A stretch of 57,492 nt of DNA from an uncultured Clostridium sp. (GTDB lineage: Bacteria; Bacillota_I; Bacilli_A; RF39; UBA660). The stretch is from positions 1-57,492 of the forward strand of contig CAZYRI010000002.1 in NCBI GenBank assembly GCA_964649575.1. The letters are read 5' to 3'. Of the stretch, positions 35,931-43,613 are shown one piece after another; the first letter of the stretch is position 1, and each line of letters opens with the position of its first letter. The notes under the pieces were generated by a model. That model saw nothing but the letters and a program-made list of their open reading frames with translations, was not told the origin of the DNA and ran no database searches. A program made the translations under genes and the position numbers.

Positions 35931-37187
35931 ATGAAAAATATGTTAAAGAAATTTGGGTTATTGGTTATATTATTTACAATTACTATTTCTGTTTCAGCAA
36001 GTAGTTATTCAAATTATGATAAAGCTGTTAAAAATACTGATACTTTTATTACAAAGTTTGATAAGTATAGTTTATTTATTGATACTACTAATAAGTATTT
36101 ATATGATGGTACTTTATCAAGTAAAAACGGATTTAAAAATGGTGGATTTATTAATACTTATGAGTTTAATCTTACGACTGATAAGAATAATAATACTTAT
36201 CTTTCAACAGGTTCAAGATATTTTACTATGACTGATTATGATGATACTGTTGATATTGTTGATATTATAAATATTGTTAATAAAAATAAGAGTGAGTCTT
36301 TTGAATCAAGAATTACTGAATATATAAGATATTTTGTTAAGGTTAATGGTAGTGGAACTAGAACTAATCCTTGGGTTTTTGTTGATAATTATACTTATAA
36401 TTTATTATTTAATCCTATGGGTGGAAATGTTACACCTAATAGTAAAAAGGTAACTGTTTTAGAAAAATATGGTGATTTGCCTGTTCCTACTAGGGTTGGT
36501 TATGATTTTAAAGGATGGTATTTTGAAAATAGTTATATTAATGAAGTAAAATCTGATAAAATAGTTGAAATTGATGAAGATACAACTGTTTATGCTAAAT
36601 GGGAGATAAAAAAATATAATGTCACTCTTACAGTTAGTAATGGTTCAAGTTCTCCAACTTCTGTAACAGTTAAACATTTTGATAATGCTGTGTTTAATTT
36701 AACTCCAAATAGTAATTATGAATTTACTAATTCTAAAGTAACTTGTGATAATGGAGCAACTGGTAGTGTTTCTAATAATACAATTACTGTTAGTAATATT
36801 ACTGCTAATACAAATTGTAGTATTTCTGCAACTCCTATGTATACTTGTTCAGTTGGTACTTTAAAATATGATACAAACAAAGGATATATTTGTACTAAAT
36901 CTGGTACATTTCATAGTGGAGATTGTGATTGCTATACAACTAGTGTAAAGTGTGGTTGTAAAAGTGCTTCAGATTTTTGTAGTCAATATAATGATTATGA
37001 TAGTTGTATGGATGCCAGTTGGATATGTATGGGTCCTATTGAATCTGATTGTTGTTTTGGTGATAATTATTGTGATAGAGATTATTGTGATTGTTATGAT
37101 GACTATTATTCATGTGATGGCTCATGGAATAATTATTCTGGCTCTGGTTCATCACTTGTATGTTATAAAGCAGCTACTTTAAAATAG
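35931..37187 (+). CDS. Secreted multidomain protein P2: shared N-domain, one Listeria-Bacteroides (Flg_new) repeat, an Ig-like region and a very Cys/Asp/Tyr-rich tail
   Basis: Signal peptide ...ISVSA/SS, with the N-domain ending GSGTRTNPWVFV. The Flg_new repeat is YNLLFNPMGGNV...YGDLPVPTRVGYDFKGWYF...VYAKWE. There are 16 Cys in the last ~115 aa. The ORF opens at 35892, but AGGAGG at 35919-35924 favours 35931. Confidence 0.8.
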   Translation: MKNMLKKFGLLVILFTITISVSASSYSNYDKAVKNTDTFITKFDKYSLFIDTTNKYLYDGTLSSKNGFKNGGFINTYEFNLTTDKNNNTYLSTGSRYFTMTDYDDTVDIVDIINIVNKNKSESFESRITEYIRYFVKVNGSGTRTNPWVFVDNYTYNLLFNPMGGNVTPNSKKVTVLEKYGDLPVPTRVGYDFKGWYFENSYINEVKSDKIVEIDEDTTVYAKWEIKKYNVTLTVSNGSSSPTSVTVKHFDNAVFNLTPNSNYEFTNSKVTCDNGATGSVSNNTITVSNITANTNCSISATPMYTCSVGTLKYDTNKGYICTKSGTFHSGDCDCYTTSVKCGCKSASDFCSQYNDYDSCMDASWICMGPIESDCCFGDNYCDRDYCDCYDDYYSCDGSWNNYSGSGSSLVCYKAATLK

Positions 37188-37206
37188 AAAGGAATATAAG
37201 TTAAAT

Positions 37207-37599
37207 ATGAAAAAAATAGTAATGATTATTATGTGTTTATTTATAATTGTAGGTTGTGATAATGCTACTAAAAAAGAAAATAATAATACAACAACAACCA
37301 CTACTACAAGGAAGGTTGAGGCTCTTTCTTTTCAAGATATTGGGGATTTATTATTTGATGAAGCAATTAAGTTATATAATGATAAAGAATATTTAAAATT
37401 TGATAAAGAAAATAATAAATATTATATTACTTTAGGTAATTTAGTAAATAAATATAATTTTGATGATTCAAGGTTGATTAATCCTGAAAATAATAAAAAA
37501 TGTGATCGTGAAAAAACAACTATATATTTTGATATAGACCATGTAGATAATATTGAATATGAGAGATATCCTATAACAATTGCATTATTTTGCAAATGA
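37207..37599 (+). CDS. Small lipoprotein L3 (poly-Thr linker type)
   Basis: Lipobox IVGC, then NNTTTTTTTRK, then ...YYITLGNL...FDDSRL...KKCDREKTTIYFDIDHVDNIEYERYPITIALFCK. Confidence 0.8.
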   Translation: MKKIVMIIMCLFIIVGCDNATKKENNNTTTTTTTRKVEALSFQDIGDLLFDEAIKLYNDKEYLKFDKENNKYYITLGNLVNKYNFDDSRLINPENNKKCDREKTTIYFDIDHVDNIEYERYPITIALFCK

Positions 37600-37627
37600 T
37601 TTGTTGTTTTATATCTGTGTCTGCATA

Positions 37628-37656
37628 TTGTGAATAATTTAATTATATGCTAAAAT
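37628..37656 (+). promoter_or_regulatory. Possible internal promoter for lipoprotein L4
   Basis: TTGTGA (37628-37633), a 17-nt spacer, then TAAAAT (37651-37656), in the 75-nt gap before 37675. Confidence 0.35.
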
Positions 37657-37674
37657 ATGTAATCAGGTGATTTT

Positions 37675-38025
37675 ATGAAGAGAATTATTTTAATTACTAC
37701 ATTATTATTGCTATGTGGATGTGGTAAAAATGATGATATAAAAAATGAATTATCTATTTCAGAAATGAATGATATTTTATTTGAATATGGTGATTCATTA
37801 TATGAAAATGAAGAATATAAAAATTTTGATTTAGTTGATGGACAATATTATATTTCTTTAAGTGATTTAAAAATAAAATATAATTATAATTTTGATAATT
37901 TTATTAATGAAGAAACACATAATGTTTGTAATAAAGAAACATCTGGTATATATTTTGATATAAATAATGTTAGAAAACTTGAATATTATAAGAATCCAAT
38001 AGTTGTTGATTTAAAGTGTGAGTGA
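37675..38025 (+). CDS. Small lipoprotein L4
   Basis: Lipobox LCGC, then ...YYISLSDLK...HNVCNKETSGIYFDINNVRKLEYYKNPIVVDLKCE. Confidence 0.8.
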   Translation: MKRIILITTLLLLCGCGKNDDIKNELSISEMNDILFEYGDSLYENEEYKNFDLVDGQYYISLSDLKIKYNYNFDNFINEETHNVCNKETSGIYFDINNVRKLEYYKNPIVVDLKCE

Positions 38026-38037
38026 TCACACTTTTTT
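38013..38037 (+). terminator. Rho-independent terminator ending the duplicated module
   Basis: aaagtgtga-gtga-tcacacttt plus a T run, overlapping the stop codon. Confidence 0.7.
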
Positions 38038-38082
38038 AGTATAAAAAATTTAATTATTAATATAATTTACTAGAGGTGAATT

Positions 38083-38574
38083 ATGATTAATAGACAAAAT
38101 ATGTGGTTTTTAACTTTATTTTCTTTAATACTGATATTAGGTGTATATTATATAACTTTACCTAGTGAAATATTCAGTAAGAATGGAATAGAAACAGTTA
38201 ATAAGAATATTGATATTAAAGTAAGTGAGAATGATAAGTTGGTTGCTTTAAGGGCTAGTAGAAATGAAAAAATAAGTACAGTAATGAGTGAACTTCAAGA
38301 AAAGATTGTGTCACCTTCATCGAGTGCTGAAGTTAAAAATACTGCATTTGAAGAACTTCAAGTTTTAAATTTAGCAAAGGGTAAAGAAACTTATTTAGAA
38401 GATAAAATATTAAATAATTTTAAAATTAAATCTTTTGTTGAAATTAATAATGATAATATAAAAGTAACTATTTCATCCAGTGAGCATAATAATGAACTTG
38501 CTAATAATATTATGAGAAGTATTCAAGAAGAATTTAAGGATAAAAAGAATATAACTATTAAATTTGATAAATAG
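38083..38574 (+). CDS. SpoIIIAH-like protein
   Basis: N-terminal RQNMWFLTLFSLILILGVYY compares with B. subtilis SpoIIIAH KQTVWLLTMLSLVVVLSVYY. The C-terminal IKVTISSSEHNNELANNIMRSIQEEF...ITIKFD compares with INITVKSDKHSKSKATAIIDLVAKEI...VAVTFE. Confidence 0.75.
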   Translation: MINRQNMWFLTLFSLILILGVYYITLPSEIFSKNGIETVNKNIDIKVSENDKLVALRASRNEKISTVMSELQEKIVSPSSSAEVKNTAFEELQVLNLAKGKETYLEDKILNNFKIKSFVEINNDNIKVTISSSEHNNELANNIMRSIQEEFKDKKNITIKFDK

Positions 38575-38651
38575 GCGGATTTCTTTCACATTAATGTCTT
38601 TTTTTCATAAATTATCAATGAAATGATTGTATTTATGAAAGAGGGTGCATC

Positions 38652-38855
38652 GTGGGAAATATACTAACTAAAAGAGAGAAAGATGTATTTTTATTGTTAG
38701 TTCAAAATAAAACAACTAAAGAAATTGCTAGCATTCTTGATATAAGTGAGAAAACAGTAAGAAATCATGTGTCAAATGCCATGCAGAAACTTGGATGTAA
38801 AGGTAGAGCAGGAGCTGTTATTGAACTTCTTAAGTTAGGAGAAATTACATTATAA
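38652..38855 (+). CDS. GerE/LuxR-type single-domain HTH regulator
   Basis: 67 aa, LTKREKDVFLLLVQNKTTKEIASILDISEKTVRNHVSNAMQKLG. GTG start after AGAGGGTG. Confidence 0.8.
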   Translation: MGNILTKREKDVFLLLVQNKTTKEIASILDISEKTVRNHVSNAMQKLGCKGRAGAVIELLKLGEITL

Positions 38856-38881
38856 ATGACTTTTTAAGTCATTTTTATTTT
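38854..38881 (+). terminator. Rho-independent terminator
   Basis: aaatgactt-ttt-aagtcattt followed by TTATTTTT. Confidence 0.7.
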
Positions 38882-38901
38882 TATAAAGCATAATATTTAG
38901 T

Positions 38902-39831
38902 ATGAATATGATTAAAAAATGGACAATTAATAAAATTATGGTTGCGAGTCTGTCTTTATTTTTATTGTTTATGTTTAATTTAATACCAACTAAACCAGAT
39001 ATTGAAACTGAAGTGATTGAAAAAAATGAAGAATTAAAAGAAAATGTTGTTTATTTACTTGATGAAGATAATTATGTTTCTAGAGTAGTAACATATTATG
39101 ATAAATCTGACATTAAAGATGTAATTAGAAATAAGATAGATATACTTACTAATAGTGATAAGAATAACTTTTATTCATTGATTCCAAAAGGTACTAAATT
39201 AAATGATATTAAAGTTGAAAAAGATGCTGTATATTTAGATTTTAGTTCTGAAATACTTAGTGTAAATAAATATATAGAAGAAGAAATGATTGAAGCAATA
39301 ATATATAGTGTTACCGAAATAAATGGTATAAATTCTGTATATATTACAGTTGATTCTAAAAAATTAACTGAGTTGCCTAATAGTTTAAAAAAATTAAGTT
39401 ATCCTCTTACTAGAAAATATGGTATTAATAAAAAATATAATATAGATAGTTTTGATAATATTGATACTACGACTGTATATTTTTCAAAAAATAGTGATGA
39501 TGATATTTATTATGTCCCTGTTACATATGTTACAAATACTAGTGGTGAAAAAATAGATATTATTATTGAAGAGTTAAAAAGTAGTATAAATAGTCAGGAT
39601 AATTTAAATAGTTTTGTTTCTAATATGGTTGAAGTAGTTGATTATAATATAGATAATGATAAGTTTAATTTAGTATTTAATGAATATATATTTGGTGATT
39701 TAGAAAAGAATGTTATTTTAGAAGAGGTTAAATATGTTATTTCAGCTTCTATATTTGAAAATTATGATGTGAATGAAGTTGTTTTTAATACAGAAGATCA
39801 AAAAAATATTGCAGAAATGGTAAAAAAGTAA
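38902..39831 (+). CDS. GerM-like (GerMN-domain) membrane-anchored protein
   Basis: N-terminal TM helix, then two segments of the type '(V)VYLLDEDNYVSRVV' and 'TTVYFSKNSDDDIYYVPVTYV', characteristic of GerMN repeats. Confidence 0.55.
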   Translation: MNMIKKWTINKIMVASLSLFLLFMFNLIPTKPDIETEVIEKNEELKENVVYLLDEDNYVSRVVTYYDKSDIKDVIRNKIDILTNSDKNNFYSLIPKGTKLNDIKVEKDAVYLDFSSEILSVNKYIEEEMIEAIIYSVTEINGINSVYITVDSKKLTELPNSLKKLSYPLTRKYGINKKYNIDSFDNIDTTTVYFSKNSDDDIYYVPVTYVTNTSGEKIDIIIEELKSSINSQDNLNSFVSNMVEVVDYNIDNDKFNLVFNEYIFGDLEKNVILEEVKYVISASIFENYDVNEVVFNTEDQKNIAEMVKK

Positions 39832-39841
39832 AAAAAGGGGG

Positions 39842-39870
39842 TTGAAAAATAAAAAATAATGGTGTATACT
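39842..39870 (+). promoter_or_regulatory. Sigma-A-type promoter for tRNA-Arg
   Basis: TTGAAA (39842-39847), a 17-nt spacer, then TATACT (39865-39870). Confidence 0.55.
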
Positions 39871-39893
39871 TTATTTTATCAACAGGAAGTTAT

Positions 39894-39970
<77 letters not shown>

Positions 39971-39981
39971 TTAATGTTATT

Positions 39982-40006
39982 AAAGCCTTAAATTAAGGCT
40001 TTTTTA
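39982..40006 (+). terminator. Rho-independent terminator after the tRNA
   Basis: aaagcctta-aat-taaggcttt followed by a T run. Confidence 0.75.
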
Positions 40007-40081
40007 ATGCAAAAATTACTTTGAAAAACATCACTAAACACACTTTTTATAAATTATATTTACTATATGTTATTTTTTTTA

Positions 40082-40110
40082 TTGTCTTTTAGTATCTAGT
40101 TTGATATAAT
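40082..40110 (+). promoter_or_regulatory. Promoter with an extended -10
   Basis: TTGTCT (40082-40087), a 17-nt spacer including TG, then TATAAT (40105-40110). Confidence 0.5.
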
Positions 40111-40136
40111 ATACAACACTTTTGAAGGGGAAAAAT

Positions 40137-40736
40137 ATGGAAAAGAGTTACGAAGATATTAATAGGGAAATCCGTGATATATATAGAAAATTGAGTGAAG
40201 GAAGTGATTCTCTTAGGGGTAGTGATATTTATAAACTTTATAGAGATTATTTAAAGCTATGTATGATGACTAGTACTAATAATCCTAGTTTTGATTATGA
40301 TAAAGATTCCTATCCATATGGTAATTGTTATTGTTATGCTTTAGGATTTAGATGCCCTTCAATTTTTGCCAAACTTTTTAATGAAAAATGTCTTATGTTT
40401 TTTCCATATAATATTGGTCTTATGCATTCGTTTTTTACTAATTATAATACTTGTGTTACTGATTTAAAAAGTGATTTAGAAACTCTTGGAATAAAGTATT
40501 TTGAAACTGATTATACTATGCCTAATGAGCATGGTGGATATAAAATATCATTATATCAATCTGAATATGATTTTCATTTTATAAGACAAAATGAAGATGG
40601 AATTTGGTCACATAAATTAGGTTTTAGTGATGTAGTTGAAAGAATAGATAGTCCATCTAAATATTTACTTGATGAATATGAGCATGTTAAAACTTTTGAA
40701 ATAGTTAAACCAATTTTGAAGAAGAAAATAAATTAA
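40137..40736 (+). CDS. Hypothetical cytoplasmic protein with a possible Cys/His (papain-fold-like) dyad
   Basis: The ORF opens at TTG 40122, and RBS GAAGGGG precedes ATG 40137. It contains YGNCYCYALGF and, ~90 aa later, YDFHFIRQNEDGIWSHKLG. No family could be assigned. Confidence 0.5.
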   Translation: MEKSYEDINREIRDIYRKLSEGSDSLRGSDIYKLYRDYLKLCMMTSTNNPSFDYDKDSYPYGNCYCYALGFRCPSIFAKLFNEKCLMFFPYNIGLMHSFFTNYNTCVTDLKSDLETLGIKYFETDYTMPNEHGGYKISLYQSEYDFHFIRQNEDGIWSHKLGFSDVVERIDSPSKYLLDEYEHVKTFEIVKPILKKKIN

Positions 40737-40739
40737 TGT

Positions 40740-40766
40740 GATAATCTAATGATTATCTTTTTTTTT
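40740..40766 (+). terminator. Rho-independent terminator
   Basis: gataatc-taat-gattatc plus T9. Confidence 0.75.
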
Positions 40767-40804
40767 ATAAGTATTCTTGTTATAATATATATGAGGTAAT
40801 AATT

Positions 40805-41887
40805 ATGAGAAGTGTATATATACATATTCCATTTTGTAAAAGTATTTGTTCTTATTGTGATTTTTGTAAAATGTATTATAATAAGGAACTTTCTAGTATA
40901 TATTTAGATTATTTAGAAAAAGAAATAGATATGTATTATGAAGGTGATATTGTTAAATCTATATATGTTGGTGGTGGTACCCCATCATCACTTGATAGTG
41001 ATGATTTAAATAAACTTTTTAGAATAATTAGTAAATTTAAAAAAAGTAGTGAAGTTGAGTTTACTTTTGAATGTAATATTGATGATATTAATGATGAATT
41101 ACTTACTATTTTAAAAGAAAATAATGTTAATAGAATCAGTATTGGAGTAGAAAGTTTTAATAAAGAAAAGCTTAAATATTTAAATAGAAATCATAATAAA
41201 AAAGAAATATTTAATAATGTAGCATTAGTTAAAAAATATGGGTTTGATAATATTAATGTTGACTTGATATATGCGACTAATGAAGATACTATGCGAGTTT
41301 TAAAGAGTGATCTTAAAAATATGTTAAAGCTTGGTGTTTCTCATATTAGTACTTACTCATTAATAATTGAAGAACATACTGTACTTTACAACAATAAAAC
41401 TATACCTGTAAGTGAACAATTTGATTTTAATTCTTATAAATATATTTGTAATAAACTTAAAAAGAAAGGTTTTCATCATTATGAAGTTAGTAATTTTGCC
41501 ATTCCTGGATTTGAAAGTAAACATAATTTAACATATTGGAATAATGAAGAATATTATGGTTTTGGACTTGGAGCTCATGGATATATAAATGAAATGAGAT
41601 ATGAAAATACTAGAAATATGAATAAATATTTGAAGAAAGATTATAGGCTTAATGAATTACTTGTTTCTAGTATGGAAGAAATGGAAAATGAAATAATATT
41701 AGGATTTAGAAAATTGGGTGGTATTTCTGTAACTGAATTTCATAATAAATTTAAAAGAAACATATTTAAAGTATTTAAATTTGAAGAAGTTATTAAAAAG
41801 GGATATGTTATATATAAAGATGATATTTTATATATACCAGAAGATAAAATATATGTAATGAATGAAATAATTAATATGATAATTTGA
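40805..41887 (+). CDS. hemW: Radical SAM heme chaperone HemW (HemN-like, oxygen-independent coproporphyrinogen oxidase family)
   Basis: YIHIPFCKSICSYCDF (CxxxCxxC), YVGGGTPS, HISTYSL, and NLTYW at the start of the HemN_C region. Confidence 0.85.
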   Translation: MRSVYIHIPFCKSICSYCDFCKMYYNKELSSIYLDYLEKEIDMYYEGDIVKSIYVGGGTPSSLDSDDLNKLFRIISKFKKSSEVEFTFECNIDDINDELLTILKENNVNRISIGVESFNKEKLKYLNRNHNKKEIFNNVALVKKYGFDNINVDLIYATNEDTMRVLKSDLKNMLKLGVSHISTYSLIIEEHTVLYNNKTIPVSEQFDFNSYKYICNKLKKKGFHHYEVSNFAIPGFESKHNLTYWNNEEYYGFGLGAHGYINEMRYENTRNMNKYLKKDYRLNELLVSSMEEMENEIILGFRKLGGISVTEFHNKFKRNIFKVFKFEEVIKKGYVIYKDDILYIPEDKIYVMNEIINMII

Positions 41888-41900
41888 AAGAGGAATAAAG

Positions 41901-43613
41901 ATGAGGATATTTAAGTTAATGGGAAGTATGAAAAAATATATTTTTATTATGATAATTTTTTCTGTTTCTCAGGTGTTTTGTGAATTATATTTGCCAACTT
42001 TAATGAGTGAAATAATTGATAGTGGGATTGCTAGTGGTAATATAAGTTTTATAACTAAGGAAGCTATTGTTATGCTTATTACGACTGCTGTTTGTTTAGT
42101 GTCACATATTTTAGTTGTTTATAGTACTGCTAAGTTTTCTAATAATTTAGGTTATAAGATTAGAAAAGAGTTATATACCAAAATAAATACATTTAGTAAA
42201 AAAGAAATTGATAAATTTGGTGCGGCAACTTTAATAACAAGAAGTACTAATAATGTAAGTAATATTACTTCTACATTTTCTTTTGGTCTTAGGCTTATTA
42301 TATTTGCTCCGATAATGGGAATAGGTGCAGCTATAATGGGATATAAAACTGCTCCTAGTTTAGCACCGATAGTTTTATATGCTGTTATTATTTTATTAAT
42401 ATGTTTAATTACTATATTTATACTTGTGTTTCCTAAATTCGAAGTATTGCAAAAATTACTTGATAAACTTAATGCTGCTTCAAGAGAAATATTAAGTGGT
42501 CTTAGAGTTATTAAAGCATTCAATAAACAAGATTATTTTAAGAAAAGATTTGATAAAGTTAATACGGATAATATGAAATTAAATGTATTTTTGAATAAAA
42601 TATTATATTTAATACAACCTTTAATGGTACTTATTATTGATGTTGCGACAATTATAATTATTTATGTATCTATTGATTATATTAATACTGGAACTATTGA
42701 AATAGGTGCATTACTGGCATTTATTCAATATATGTCTACTGTACTTATGAGTTTTTCAATGTTACTTGTTATTATATTAAATATACCAAGAGTAGTTGTA
42801 TCTTTTAAAAGAATTAATGAAGTATTATCAACTGATGTTAGTATTGAAAATAATGGTAAGATTAAACTTACAAGTCTTGAAAGTATTGAGTTTAAAAATG
42901 TATATTTTAGATATGATAAAGCTAAAGAAGATGTTCTTAAAAATATATCTTTTAGAATCGAAAAGGGAGAGAATGTTGGTATTATTGGATCTAGTGCTTC
43001 TGGTAAAACAACAATAATAAATTTGCTACTTAGACATATAGATGCTACTAAGGGAGAAATACTTATTAATGGTATAAATATTACTGAATATGATTTGGAA
43101 TCTTTGAGAAGTATTTTTGCATATACTCCTCAAAAAACTTTGTTATTTAAGGGTTCAATAAAAGAAAATTTGGTTTTTGATAAAAATATTAATAAAAATG
43201 TATTGGATTCTGTTATGGAGGATGCTGAAATTAAAGATTTTATTGATAAGAATACAGAAGGTTATGATTTTAAATTAGAACAAGCTGCAGTAAATTTAAG
43301 TGGTGGACAAAAGCAAAGAATGTCTATTGCAAGAGCACTTTTAAGTGGTGGAGAATGTTTGCTTTTTGATGATTCATTTTCTGCTGTTGATTATATTACA
43401 GATAAAAAGATAAGAAAATCTATTGCTAAAAATTATGGTGATAAGATGGTAATTCTAGTTACTCAAAGAGTTGGTACTATTAAGGATAGTGATAAAATCA
43501 TAGTTATTGATGAAGGTAGAGTAGAAAGTATTGGCAATTATGATGAACTTGCTAATAACAGTAAAGTATTTAGAGAGTTTATTGAATCTCAGAAAAGGGA
43601 GGTGTTATCATGA
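41901..43613 (+). CDS. ABC transporter permease/ATPase fusion (exporter half-transporter A)
   Basis: 6-TM domain, Walker A-like GSSASGKTT, signature LSGGQKQR, Walker B LLFDDSFS (degenerate: LLFDD followed by S). This is typical of an asymmetric heterodimeric exporter. Confidence 0.85.
   Translation: MRIFKLMGSMKKYIFIMIIFSVSQVFCELYLPTLMSEIIDSGIASGNISFITKEAIVMLITTAVCLVSHILVVYSTAKFSNNLGYKIRKELYTKINTFSKKEIDKFGAATLITRSTNNVSNITSTFSFGLRLIIFAPIMGIGAAIMGYKTAPSLAPIVLYAVIILLICLITIFILVFPKFEVLQKLLDKLNAASREILSGLRVIKAFNKQDYFKKRFDKVNTDNMKLNVFLNKILYLIQPLMVLIIDVATIIIIYVSIDYINTGTIEIGALLAFIQYMSTVLMSFSMLLVIILNIPRVVVSFKRINEVLSTDVSIENNGKIKLTSLESIEFKNVYFRYDKAKEDVLKNISFRIEKGENVGIIGSSASGKTTIINLLLRHIDATKGEILINGINITEYDLESLRSIFAYTPQKTLLFKGSIKENLVFDKNINKNVLDSVMEDAEIKDFIDKNTEGYDFKLEQAAVNLSGGQKQRMSIARALLSGGECLLFDDSFSAVDYITDKKIRKSIAKNYGDKMVILVTQRVGTIKDSDKIIVIDEGRVESIGNYDELANNSKVFREFIESQKREVLS

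Noticed and set aside
33191-37187. Cell-wall sorting or other known anchoring signals in P1/P2/P3 (LPXTG, SLH, choline-binding, CWB2, C-terminal TM)
   Set aside because: None is present in the translations. The C-termini end in soluble Cys-rich sequence, so the proteins cannot be annotated as sortase substrates or S-layer-associated proteins.
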